A stretch of DNA of 64,000 bases, taken from positions 1 through 64,000 of the IMG/VR virus record IMGVR_UViG_3300009514_000001; one strand, 5' to 3'. A program made the position numbers and the translations under genes. A model generated the notes under the pieces. That model saw nothing but the letters and a program-made list of their open reading frames with translations. It searched no databases and was not told where the DNA came from. Positions 37,988 through 47,483 of the stretch are shown piece by piece (position 1 is the stretch's first letter; each line of letters starts with the position of its first letter).

Positions 37988-39985
37988 GTGAGAGACATCT
38001 ACGCCAGGCCGGGACAGCTTCTTTACGACCACCTGCTGGGTGTCTGTCGAAAAGCTCTCCCAAAGGCAGCTCGACTCAATCTTGAAAAGCCCCTGTTTGA
38101 CCTGATTGTGAGCCACGATTTAGGTAAGGCTTCATTTCTCTGGCAGCAAGGATTGCAGAGAGGAGACAGACCCCTGCCTGACCACGTCTCCGCAGGGGCT
38201 AAGGTACTTCTCGACAGAGGGAGTCCGCTATTCCTGTTGTCGCATAGCCACCATGGTAGTCTAGGCAGTCTCGCGGCTTGTCGCCCCCAAGTAGGGGAGT
38301 TCTCAGTACCCGAAGAAGTTCTGATTTGGCTCTCTGATAACGCACCGAGGCTGGCTAGTGAAGTCCACCAAGAGCTGGGCCTGGGTGTTGAGTTCGGCAG
38401 GGAGAACAACCCCTGGTGGCTGGAAGACACCCCAGAACAGGTCTCTCTTCGTCTACGGCTCCTCTTCTCCCTTCTTGGAGACATGGACATCCAAGATGCT
38501 AGGGAGTTCGACACAGGAGAACGCCAGAATCATCACGGAGTGCAGGAGCTTCACCAGAGGTTCTTGGAGTGGGTCGACAACAGTCCCTCAACTGTCGTCT
38601 CCGAAGCCCTAGCGTTCGCCCGGCACCCCCCCGGTAGGTACCGCATCACATCCCCCCACCCCATCGGCAAGACGACTGCGGGGCTGGGATACGGACTGGC
38701 CCATGCGAGGGCGCACGACCTGGACAGGGTCGTTCTGGTCGCCCCCTACCTTTCCCACCTACACCATCTGGAGGAGCGTCTCACAGACCTCTTCGGAGAG
38801 CGACTGGTCTCTAGTTCAGTTCTCCAGCACCACACCGGGATAGCCACTTCCGAGTTGTCTCCTTGGGCCAAGCCGCTCATCCTGACTACCTCGGCCCAGT
38901 TCTGGGGGACCCTCAACCATCACCATAAGATGGCCCTCCGCAACGTCCACTATCTCTCCCACAGTGTCGTCATCCTCGACGAGAACCAGGCTCTCACCTC
39001 TCGCCTTCACGACCACTATGAAAGCACCCTGAACCTGATGCGGGATGAGTGGGGGTGTTCGATTGTGCAGACAGGACAAACTATCCGTGCCCGCTCAAGA
39101 GAGATGCCAGCCCGCCTGTCGTCTTCCTCAGGGACAGATAATCGGTCGTCCACCCTACTAGGGGAGGTGGAGTGGTCTGCTGTTGCCTCACGGGCTAGTG
39201 AGTCGACCAGAGCAATGGTTGTCACCAACACCATCGCCGATGCTCTGGAGGTGGCCAGCCACATGCCGGAGGGAACTGTGTGCCTGACCAGTCGCCTCTG
39301 CTCGCGAGACCGACAGGACATTGGACACCGCCTCCGCCTCCGAACACAAGAGGGCCCCCTGAGAGTGGTTGCGACTCCCCTGACGGAGACAGACACCGGG
39401 ATGCTCTTCGGTCTCGTGTTGAGGGCCATGTGTGGAGCGGGGTCCCTGCTCCTTTCACGGGCACACCTCCTCCCCGGAGGGGAGATGGGCATCTTCACCT
39501 CGACACCCCCAAGGGCGGCTGGTCGGGATGCCGCTATTACCCAGAGGCTTCTCCAAGACCCCTGGCAGCTCACAGACTCGGACTGGCTGGCCGAGTACTA
39601 CGACCAAGTCTTAGCGACAGGAACCGTCAGCTCCGACCTCGTCAGAGCGGCCCATGAACTCGACTTCAGAGGAGCATCCAGAGCCTTCAGGCTCATCTCA
39701 GATAACAAGACCAACATCCTGCTCGTGAGACACCCCAACGTTGACATCCAAGATGAGATTGACTCCGTATTGGGAGGCCTGAGGTCCCCCTCACCAAGGA
39801 TACGGCGAAAAGCGCGTCGAGACGCCCTGAGATACTCCGTGCCCCTTTCTGAGTATGAGTTGAACTCTGCTAGGAACCAGGGCCTTATCGGAACCCTCGC
39901 CACACATCTGGAATGTGACCTCGAAACACCCATCTGGCTAGGGGGCTACGACGACACAAGTGGAGGACTTCGTTTTTTCTCTTGA
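37988..39985 (+). CDS. cas3: Type I-C Cas3: intact HD domain, degenerate SF2 helicase
   Basis: DHL, SHDLGKA, DHVSAG and SHHG (HD); SPHPIGKTT, ILDENQ, VTNT, ATPLTETDTG and SLLLSRAHL (eroded helicase motifs). Confidence 0.88.
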   Translation: MRDIYARPGQLLYDHLLGVCRKALPKAARLNLEKPLFDLIVSHDLGKASFLWQQGLQRGDRPLPDHVSAGAKVLLDRGSPLFLLSHSHHGSLGSLAACRPQVGEFSVPEEVLIWLSDNAPRLASEVHQELGLGVEFGRENNPWWLEDTPEQVSLRLRLLFSLLGDMDIQDAREFDTGERQNHHGVQELHQRFLEWVDNSPSTVVSEALAFARHPPGRYRITSPHPIGKTTAGLGYGLAHARAHDLDRVVLVAPYLSHLHHLEERLTDLFGERLVSSSVLQHHTGIATSELSPWAKPLILTTSAQFWGTLNHHHKMALRNVHYLSHSVVILDENQALTSRLHDHYESTLNLMRDEWGCSIVQTGQTIRARSREMPARLSSSSGTDNRSSTLLGEVEWSAVASRASESTRAMVVTNTIADALEVASHMPEGTVCLTSRLCSRDRQDIGHRLRLRTQEGPLRVVATPLTETDTGMLFGLVLRAMCGAGSLLLSRAHLLPGGEMGIFTSTPPRAAGRDAAITQRLLQDPWQLTDSDWLAEYYDQVLATGTVSSDLVRAAHELDFRGASRAFRLISDNKTNILLVRHPNVDIQDEIDSVLGGLRSPSPRIRRKARRDALRYSVPLSEYELNSARNQGLIGTLATHLECDLETPIWLGGYDDTSGGLRFFS

Positions 39986-40079
39986 CGAGAGTCAGAGAAA
40001 GCCCTTGCCTTTCCGACCACGGGAACACCCGGGGAACTATTAACAACACAATGTGGTTGAGGCGAAAATTGAGGCGAAA

Positions 40080-40754
40080 ATGAACCTGAGAAAACTACTC
40101 AGCGACCCTGTGAGGGTCAAGGTCACAGGCAGAAGAGGCCTCTTTTCGCGCCATGACTTTCCTACGGAGAGGATTTCATACCCTATCATGACCCCCAGTG
40201 CCGCCCGGGGGCTGCTCAGAAGGATATACGGAAAACCTCAGCATTTCTGGGTGATACAGGCGGTTCAGGTGCTGAATCCAATTCGGTTCGAGAACATCAC
40301 CTACAACGAGGTGAGACTCCCGAAGAGACCTGTTCCTGTGAATGTTAGCAATACATCTCAGGTCCGTATTCAGAGGTCTGCCCAGGTTCTCATAGAGCCC
40401 TCCTACATCATCGAGGCACGGGTTCTGGTGCATCCCTATGCGTACAGGAACGGAGGCATGCCCACCAAGCACACGGAACAGCTCAAGAGACGTCTGAAGA
40501 GGGGCCAGTTCTTCCTCCAACCCGATCTCGGCAAGAGCGAGTTTTTCGCTGATTGTTCTTTGCCGGACGGCAGCGAGAGTCCCCTTCCAGTGAGCCAGGA
40601 CCTCGGCCGTATCCCTCTCTTCGTCGATCAGAGCGAAGGGCGCTCGCACTACTTCCAGGCCTTCATGAAGCGGGGTGTGGTGCAGGTGCCGCAGAAGCAG
40701 CTTCTGGACGTCCTGGAGCCGAAACTCCTCGACCAAGACCCTTGGAGAACGTGA
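40080..40754 (+). CDS. cas5: Type I-C Cas5 (Cas5d, crRNA-processing)
   Basis: ERISYPIMTPSAARG.L..IYGKP..W.I..V.VLNPIRF..I..NEV; TKH..Q..RR..RGQ.F.QP.LG..EF. Confidence 0.92.
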   Translation: MNLRKLLSDPVRVKVTGRRGLFSRHDFPTERISYPIMTPSAARGLLRRIYGKPQHFWVIQAVQVLNPIRFENITYNEVRLPKRPVPVNVSNTSQVRIQRSAQVLIEPSYIIEARVLVHPYAYRNGGMPTKHTEQLKRRLKRGQFFLQPDLGKSEFFADCSLPDGSESPLPVSQDLGRIPLFVDQSEGRSHYFQAFMKRGVVQVPQKQLLDVLEPKLLDQDPWRT

Positions 40755-42655
40755 TGTACAATCTCATCCGAGAACTCACCAAAGTACGGGTGCCCTCGAC
40801 GTTCCCGGGCCCTGGGTATCTCCTCAGAACTGCCAACGTGTTCTGTCACCTAGACAGATCGGGATTCTCTCACTGGGAGGTCAAGAAAGAGGGTGAGCTT
40901 TACATGCTCCCCGACTCTGGACGTACAGGGACGGGTACAAAGGTCGGCCTGTGGGGTGACCAGGTGAGGGTCTACACCGGGAACAAGGAGACCAAGAAGG
41001 CCCGGGCCAAGAGAGAGGCCGCGAACAAGGCGAAGGGGAGAGACAACTCCAACGACTTGGCGGTTGCAATGGCCAAAGCTGTGAGCGAGGCCCACAATCG
41101 CATCAAGGGCCGCGCCGGAGAGGACACCAGGCTGAGTCTCGTCTACACATTTCTCACGGACGAGAGTCAGCGTCAGCGGGCTTACGATGCCCTTCCGGAT
41201 GACGTGAACCCGAACAGTCCTGTCGTCCTTGTTGTCGAGGGGAGGACGATGGTCCGTCCCCAGGAAGGTCCCTGGGCATCTCCGAACATCGACCTCTACG
41301 AGGAAGAGGGCAAACGCATTGCCTGGGTAGGCAATCTCAAGACCGTCGAGGGGGTGTGTAGCGTCACAGGCGAAAAGGACCTCATCCCCGACATCCACCC
41401 TGGGTCCGTGAAGATTGGTGACTCCAGAGCCCAGCTACTTTCCGGAAACATCCCCCAACACTTCCCCAATCCCAAAGGCAAGCTGTGGAGCACTGGCATC
41501 GGCCTGGAGGCTGCCCAGCAGTACACGACCGCCCTTGACTACCTGACGACGGACAAGAACCACCACCTGACGGCCCTCCACACCACGACCAAGAACCCCT
41601 CCTCCAGCGACTTCCAGAAGATAGTCTGGTGGGGCCGGGACGAGGACGCCTCCCTTCCTATCTACCAGAGCATTATCCGCCCCTCTGCGGAAGTCCGCAC
41701 GGCTATCGAGGAAGCCCTTGAGGGGAGGGGAGGTCCGGTCAACCTCGAACACCCCTTCAACACACTCGTCCTAGGTACCCACGTCAGACGCCTGGTGGTG
41801 CTCAGCATGTCGAGCGATACCCTCCTGGGTGTCTACCAGAGTGCCAGTCGATGGCTGAGAATGACCGAGACTCTCAGCGTTGATGAAAGGGGCGCCCTTG
41901 CCCGGAAAAACCACTCTCTCAAGGCCCTGTCGAGGGCCCTTCTGCCCCGCTCAAAGGAGGGTGAGTGGTTCGGTAAGTGCTCTCCCTACACGACGCAGGA
42001 CATCCTGAGGTCCATGCTCTTTCGGGAGCCCCTCACCAAGAGGCTCATCCACGGCCTGATGACTCGTCTCGAACGTGACCAACAGCTAACCACCGCCCGC
42101 ACAGCCCTCTTGCAGGTCTACCTACACCAACGAGGAATCATGGCTGACAAGACCCAAGCCCGAACCCCCATCGACCCGGAACTGGGAGGGTACGTCGGAT
42201 ACAATCTCGGACGTCTCCTCCAAGAGGCGACGGCCATCCAAAAGGCGGCAATCCGAGTCAATCGGGACTTGAGTTCCACCCTCTCATCCTACGCCAAGAA
42301 CCACCCCCGACGGCTGTACGACAAAACCACTCAGAAGGCGGACAATCACTTGACCTCTCTCAGGACCAAAGGGGACTACGGACTGGCCTCAATGTTCGAG
42401 AAGCGCCTGGGGGCCATCATCGGACGCATCTCTATGGTGCCGAAACAACTTCCCGAGGAGCAACTCGCACTGTTTCGCAAGGGACTGCGGGATCAGTATC
42501 TGGCCTCCCAGGCCGCCAACAAAAGACGATCTCAACTTAACAACGAGGACATCGCCAAGGACGAACTCGCATACCAGAAAGCGCAGGTCGACCTGACTCT
42601 AGGTCTCATTGACCCGGAGGACTGCCCTGCACCACCCACCACCGACAAGGAGTGA
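40754..42655 (+). CDS. cas8c: Type I-C Cas8c large subunit
   Basis: CSVTGEK...HP, AAQQYTTALDYL and C-terminal GYNLGRL..Q..A; TGATG coupling to cas5. Confidence 0.82.
   Translation: MYNLIRELTKVRVPSTFPGPGYLLRTANVFCHLDRSGFSHWEVKKEGELYMLPDSGRTGTGTKVGLWGDQVRVYTGNKETKKARAKREAANKAKGRDNSNDLAVAMAKAVSEAHNRIKGRAGEDTRLSLVYTFLTDESQRQRAYDALPDDVNPNSPVVLVVEGRTMVRPQEGPWASPNIDLYEEEGKRIAWVGNLKTVEGVCSVTGEKDLIPDIHPGSVKIGDSRAQLLSGNIPQHFPNPKGKLWSTGIGLEAAQQYTTALDYLTTDKNHHLTALHTTTKNPSSSDFQKIVWWGRDEDASLPIYQSIIRPSAEVRTAIEEALEGRGGPVNLEHPFNTLVLGTHVRRLVVLSMSSDTLLGVYQSASRWLRMTETLSVDERGALARKNHSLKALSRALLPRSKEGEWFGKCSPYTTQDILRSMLFREPLTKRLIHGLMTRLERDQQLTTARTALLQVYLHQRGIMADKTQARTPIDPELGGYVGYNLGRLLQEATAIQKAAIRVNRDLSSTLSSYAKNHPRRLYDKTTQKADNHLTSLRTKGDYGLASMFEKRLGAIIGRISMVPKQLPEEQLALFRKGLRDQYLASQAANKRRSQLNNEDIAKDELAYQKAQVDLTLGLIDPEDCPAPPTTDKE
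42140..42655 (+). CDS. cas11: Cas11c small subunit from an internal in-frame start in cas8c
   Basis: GAGG-AATC-ATG in frame, just before the Y.LGRL C-terminal domain. Confidence 0.6.
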   Translation: MADKTQARTPIDPELGGYVGYNLGRLLQEATAIQKAAIRVNRDLSSTLSSYAKNHPRRLYDKTTQKADNHLTSLRTKGDYGLASMFEKRLGAIIGRISMVPKQLPEEQLALFRKGLRDQYLASQAANKRRSQLNNEDIAKDELAYQKAQVDLTLGLIDPEDCPAPPTTDKE

Positions 42656-42659
42656 AAGA

Positions 42660-43613
42660 ATGGACGTCAAGTGTATCAACCCAAAGACCCGCCACGATTT
42701 GCTAATCACCTTCAGCGTCACCCGAGGCAACCCCAACGGAGATCCGGATGCCGGAGGAGCGCCCCGAGAAACCCAGGATGGCTATGGCATCGTCACCGGT
42801 GAGAGCATCAAGCGCTTGGTACGGGATGCCGCGGAAGAGGTCTTCGAACAGAAGATTTACATCCGGTCCGGACCGCCCCTAGAGGAGGCTCTGTTGAAGG
42901 CCGTCGAGCGAGCCTACAACGGAGACTCCTCCGAAGCTCCCCGTGACAAGAAAGGCAACCTCCTGGTGGCCCAGGTACCAAAGGACAAAATCCAGGCCAT
43001 CCTCGACGAACTGAGATCGTACTTCGACAACCGCATGTTCGGAGCCGTTTTCGCCAGTCAGAAAGTCCCTGTCGGACGATTCCGAGGACCCGTAGCTATC
43101 GGAGATGCCCGGTCCTTCGATGAGATCGTAGTCCGAGAAAATCGCCTCACTCGGGTCGTCTCCGCCAAGTCCGATGAGGGCAAGGACCGAACCGGCCAGG
43201 GCACCTTCGCGGAGCGCTACGCCGTCGACTTCGGCTTCTACGAAAGCTTCGGCAGCTTCAGCCCCCACGGCTCTGGCAAGCACGTCTCCGAGGAGGACCT
43301 CAAGGTGCTCTTCCAGTCTCTCGTCACGGGGTTCCAAGAAAGCGCCTCCGCCCGTCGTGGGGGCTCCTACCAGGTTCACCGCATCTACGTGTTCACGCAC
43401 GACAACGCCCTGGGTAACGCCTCCCAGCACGATCTCCGCAAAGTCGTCAAGGTGACCAAGCGGAAAGACGTGGATAGTCCCCTCTCCCTCGACGACTACC
43501 TCGTCGAAGTGAACCGAGGTGCCATCCCCAAAGGAGTTCACCTGAGCATCATCGACAACAGCAACGTCCTGGACCCGCAGGCCTGGTACGTCGACAGCTC
43601 CCGTCCTCGATAG
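42660..43613 (+). CDS. cas7: Type I-C Cas7 (Csd2)
   Basis: GNPNGDPDAGG.PR, G.VT.ESIKR.VRD, FDNRMFGAVF, RGPV and HDNALGNA. Confidence 0.95.
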   Translation: MDVKCINPKTRHDLLITFSVTRGNPNGDPDAGGAPRETQDGYGIVTGESIKRLVRDAAEEVFEQKIYIRSGPPLEEALLKAVERAYNGDSSEAPRDKKGNLLVAQVPKDKIQAILDELRSYFDNRMFGAVFASQKVPVGRFRGPVAIGDARSFDEIVVRENRLTRVVSAKSDEGKDRTGQGTFAERYAVDFGFYESFGSFSPHGSGKHVSEEDLKVLFQSLVTGFQESASARRGGSYQVHRIYVFTHDNALGNASQHDLRKVVKVTKRKDVDSPLSLDDYLVEVNRGAIPKGVHLSIIDNSNVLDPQAWYVDSSRPR

Positions 43614-43789
43614 TACCCGTTCGAACACCCCAGTGATGAGGAGACCCCTAGGGGTGCTCGAACGATAATGAAATCAATAGGTTGGATGCACTTTTGAGAG
43701 CCTCCCATCTTGTTCTTTGATAAGTGAATTAGGGGTGCTCGAAAACAGTACTCCAACTACCTAAGAACACTAGCTTTTGGGCTAGTGCG
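43614..43789 (+). promoter_or_regulatory. CRISPR leader
   Basis: AT-richer region with CGTTCGAACACCCC/GGGGTGCTCGAACG inverted repeat and a second AGGGGTGCTCGAA. Confidence 0.7.
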
Positions 43790-45473
43790 GTCGTCTTCTC
43801 GAAAGAGGAGACGGGAGATTTCAACGTGAGAAAGCTGAGGAGGTTCTGGAAGCATGGAGCGTCGTCTTCTCGAAAGAGGAGACGGGAGATTTCAACGAGG
43901 TGGGCGTAGACTCCGGGGGACTCGCCTTCAGTCGTCTTCTCGAAAGAGGAGACGGGAGATTTCAACGAGTTCGATGGGGACCGGCTTAAAGGAATCCTGA
44001 GCAGGTCGTCTTCTCGAAAGAGGAGACGGGAGATTTCAACGCCGAGAAGTACCCGGTGTAGTCGTAGCCATGGAACAGTCGTCTTCTCGAAAGAGGAGAC
44101 GGGAGATTTCAACGAGTGTGTAGTGGGCTGCCCCGCTACGGATTACGGGTCGTCTTCTCGAAAGAGGAGACGGGAGATTTCAACGATGATGCCTGCGGTG
44201 ATGTAGGGGCCGTCTTTCCGGGTCGTCTTCTCGAAAGAGGAGACGGGAGATTTCAACCTAGGATAGGGAAACGGGTTCAGCCGAAGACGCACGTCGTCTT
44301 CTCGAAAGAGGAGACGGGAGATTTCAACGTTGAAGAGAAGACCAGGAGAGACAGAGAGGCCACGTCGTCTTCTCGAAAGAGGAGACGGGAGATTTCAACA
44401 ACGTCGACACCAGTCTCTTCTCGCCCTTCTTGAGAGGTCGTCTTCTCGAAAGAGGAGACGGGAGATTTCAACTGATTCTGTCGGACACGACTGTCCTCGA
44501 CGCACTGAGTCGTCTTCTCGAAAGAGGAGACGGGAGATTTCAACGTCTTCAGGAGAGCTGGAGCCGACCCCACCCGACCCCACCTGAGCCCGTCGTCTTC
44601 TCGAAAGAGGAGACGGGAGATTTCAACATGGTCAGGGTCTCGACGGGGAGGTGATACGAGGGCGGTCGTCTTCTCGAAAGAGGAGACGGGAGATTTCAAC
44701 CCGAAGAGATCGTCGGAGGCGAATCCGCCACCCACGAGTCGTCTTCTCGAAAGAGGAAGATTTCAACTATCCGAGGTTAGAACAGGACAGTGAAGGTGTC
44801 GCCTGAGAGCTGAACTCGTGTCGTCTTCTCGAAAGAGGAGACGGGAGATTTCAACAGGGCCTGGCTACCCCCAGGAGACTTCTGGGCGGGCGTCGTCTTC
44901 TCGAAAGAGGAGACGGGAGATTTCAACTCACTCTCGTGGTCCACATCCAACCTCGGGGCTCCTGTCGTCTTCTCGAAAGAGGAGACGGGAGATTTCAACG
45001 ATGAAGAGCCGAAGCCGCGCCAGCGCCCGAGAAGCGCGTCGTCTTCTCGAAAGAGGAGACGGGAGATTTCAACGGAGGGACAGCGTGTTTCTTCTTCGGC
45101 TTGGCTTCCTGTCGTCTTCTCGAAAGAGGAGACGGGAGATTTCAACCGGAGCAGATGCTACGCAGGGCGGAGACTGCCCGCGGTCGTCTTCTCGAAAGAG
45201 GAGACGGGAGATTTCAACGGACTACGAGCGCCGCTATCCTGGCACCACGCACCCCGTCGTCTTCTCGAAAGAGGAGACGGGAGATTTCAACAGGTGCGGT
45301 CGTCTTCTCGAAAGAGGAGACGGGAGATTTCAACAAAGACAGGGACACGGTCGTTCACACCTGGTGTCGTCTTCTCGAAAGAGGAGACGGGAGATTTCAA
45401 CGGCAATGTCGCCCGCTGTTAGCCCCCAGCGCAGCCAGTCGTCTTCTCGAAAGAGGAGACGGGAGATCCGGGG
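43790..45473 (+). CRISPR. Type I-C array: 24 repeats GTCGTCTTCTCGAAAGAGGAGACGGGAGATTTCAAC (36 bp), 23 spacers, mostly 34-38 bp
   Basis: Counted by hand; 9-bp stem with GAAA loop and a G-U pair supports the + strand; the last repeat (45438) is degenerate. Confidence 0.97.
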
Positions 45474-45527
45474 CTTCGAGCCCCTTCAACTGCAACCAAG
45501 CCACCCCACGAGGAAGGATTACAACCA

Positions 45528-46418
45528 ATGGCTACTGCAACTATGACCAACACCGTTCCCACCGTCGACTCCGTACTCCAGGGCACCTCCAACTGGAGGG
45601 ACGCCGCCTTCGAAGCCTGTAAGTTCTACGTCGACCAAGGCCAGTGCTTCAGCTCCGGCGAGGTCGCCCGAGACCTTCGAACGCACCGGACCGATCTCAA
45701 GTTCTCCGTCATGGGTGTCGGAGAGTACCTCCGCGACCTGTTCTACGGCGGAGGGATGCCTGACTACCAGGCCCTCGGCATGACCATGCCTGTTCAGCAG
45801 GTCGGCCGAACGACCACCGGCAAGGGGCGGACCCCGGCGGGCCGAGACGTCTTCGTCTACTGCCCTGACCCAACTGAGGGCTACAACCACGACTTCGAGG
45901 TCGACATCCCTCGTCCCCCGGTTGATGGCGGGTTCGTCGCAACCGGCATCCTTCCAGGACGCGTCTCGGCGACGAGACCTACCGGAGCGCCGGCTCTGAC
46001 CCCCGTTCCGGTGGGCGCGACTCCTTCGGGCATCCACCCGCCGCACCAGTCGACCTACACTCGCCAGCCGACGGCCAAGGCCGCCAACATCACTGGCAAG
46101 GCTCCAAAGAAGGACCCCGAGGCCAAGGTCCACACCGACCGCCGCCTCTGCATCTCCCGCAACGCCTTCGAGGCCTTCGTCCACCTGACAAAGACGCCGA
46201 TGAAGGGAGGTGACCCGATTTACCTCTCCTTCGACGGAGACACAGCCACCGTCACCCTCGACCAGGTTCCCGGGTCCAAGCCCTACAGCCTGGCCACGGA
46301 GAGGGGACGCATCCTGTTCCCGTCGCCGAACAAGACCAAGTCCTTCGCTCCGGGCAAGACGACTCCGGTGACCATCACCGCCAAGAGTCTCTCGGTGAAC
46401 CTGGCGGACGTCTACTGA
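45528..46418 (+). CDS. Hypothetical protein
   Basis: 296-aa ORF with good codon usage. Confidence 0.7.
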   Translation: MATATMTNTVPTVDSVLQGTSNWRDAAFEACKFYVDQGQCFSSGEVARDLRTHRTDLKFSVMGVGEYLRDLFYGGGMPDYQALGMTMPVQQVGRTTTGKGRTPAGRDVFVYCPDPTEGYNHDFEVDIPRPPVDGGFVATGILPGRVSATRPTGAPALTPVPVGATPSGIHPPHQSTYTRQPTAKAANITGKAPKKDPEAKVHTDRRLCISRNAFEAFVHLTKTPMKGGDPIYLSFDGDTATVTLDQVPGSKPYSLATERGRILFPSPNKTKSFAPGKTTPVTITAKSLSVNLADVY

Positions 46419-46444
46419 CGTGACGGACCTGGCCAAGAGCAACA

Positions 46445-46482
46445 AGACCCCTCGGGCTCTCTCACGGGGCCGGAGGGGTCTT
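46445..46482. terminator. Hairpin between convergent genes
   Basis: AAGACCCCTC...GAGGGGTCTT. Confidence 0.55.
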
Positions 46483-46500
46483 GCGTTTCGTTCGGGCTGG

Positions 46501-46788
46501 TCAGGTTATGATGCCCAGCAACTCGCCCTCACGGAGCAAGTAGTGATCCTTTCCTTCGAGTTGGACCGTCGCGGCACCTCCGGCATACTTGCCGTAGATG
46601 ACGCGGTCGCCCACCGAGACTTCCATCGGGATTCGCTCCCCTTGCTCGTTTCGAGCGCCGGGTCCAACGGCGATGACGACCCCCTCGTTGGGCTTGTCTG
46701 GATTCACGAGCAGGATGCCGCCCTTGCTCCGTCCTTCGGCTTTGTGGGGTCTGATGAGTACGCGGTCGCCCAGTGGCTTGATTCCCAT
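46501..46788 (-). CDS. groES: Co-chaperonin GroES
   Basis: IKPLGDRV, GGILL, GVVIAVGPG, VGDRVIYGKYAG and LLREGELLGI. Confidence 0.95.
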   Translation of the reverse strand: MGIKPLGDRVLIRPHKAEGRSKGGILLVNPDKPNEGVVIAVGPGARNEQGERIPMEVSVGDRVIYGKYAGGAATVQLEGKDHYLLREGELLGIIT

Positions 46789-46849
46789 GGTGTCCCTCCT
46801 GTCGAGACGGGTATGGTGCTGACGTGACACTACCACCAAGGAGAACCAG

Positions 46850-47290
46850 ATGAACGACCCGTATCGAGTAGTTGAGGTCGACGACAACCTCACGGTCCTG
46901 GAAGAGAATCCCGAAGCCGCCTACGGCAAGGCCAAGCGCGAGGGCAACCTGGCCTACGCTGTCGTCTCACTGGCCGACATCCGGGACGACTGGTTCGCCT
47001 GGATGGCCTACAAGCTCTGTCGGAATGACGACCAGCTAGATATGCCGACCGCCTCTGTCGTGGTCTCCCTAGCCGCCATCCGACGACCCGTCGAACCGAG
47101 TCAGGTCGTCGAGTGGTTGGCGGAGTGGCTCAAGGAGCCCAGCGGCGTAGAGGACGTACTCAACCGACTTCTGAAGGACGGCAACGTCCAGACCAAGGAC
47201 GGCCCCATCGAGGCCGTCCGTAACCTCAACGGCCAGCTCCAGTTCATCTCGACGAATACCTGGCCCATACCCAAGTTGGAGACTAAGTAG
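46850..47290 (+). CDS. Hypothetical protein
   Basis: AGGAG RBS. Confidence 0.55.
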   Translation: MNDPYRVVEVDDNLTVLEENPEAAYGKAKREGNLAYAVVSLADIRDDWFAWMAYKLCRNDDQLDMPTASVVVSLAAIRRPVEPSQVVEWLAEWLKEPSGVEDVLNRLLKDGNVQTKDGPIEAVRNLNGQLQFISTNTWPIPKLETK

Positions 47291-47483
47291 TGTCAGAGAC
47301 CATCGAAACCGGAACCGTCTTCACCCCCGGCAGCTCCAGCAACCTAGCCTTCGGAAACGGTCAGTGCATCTGCTCGGCCGGAGGATATCGGAACCGCTAA
47401 ACCAGTTCCAACTCTACTCTAGGACCCTTGGGAAACCGTTTTACCGGTCCCTGAGCGTCTGTTTTCTGATCTCAGGAGACTCC

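Noticed and set aside
43826-45437. Self-targeting of the window by I-C spacers
   Set aside because: No convincing match was found by eye; this needs an alignment and is not excluded.
43790-45473. Several ORFs called across the CRISPR array (repeating LKSPVSSFEKTT, SSSRKRRREIST)
   Set aside because: They are translations of the repeat in different frames, not genes.
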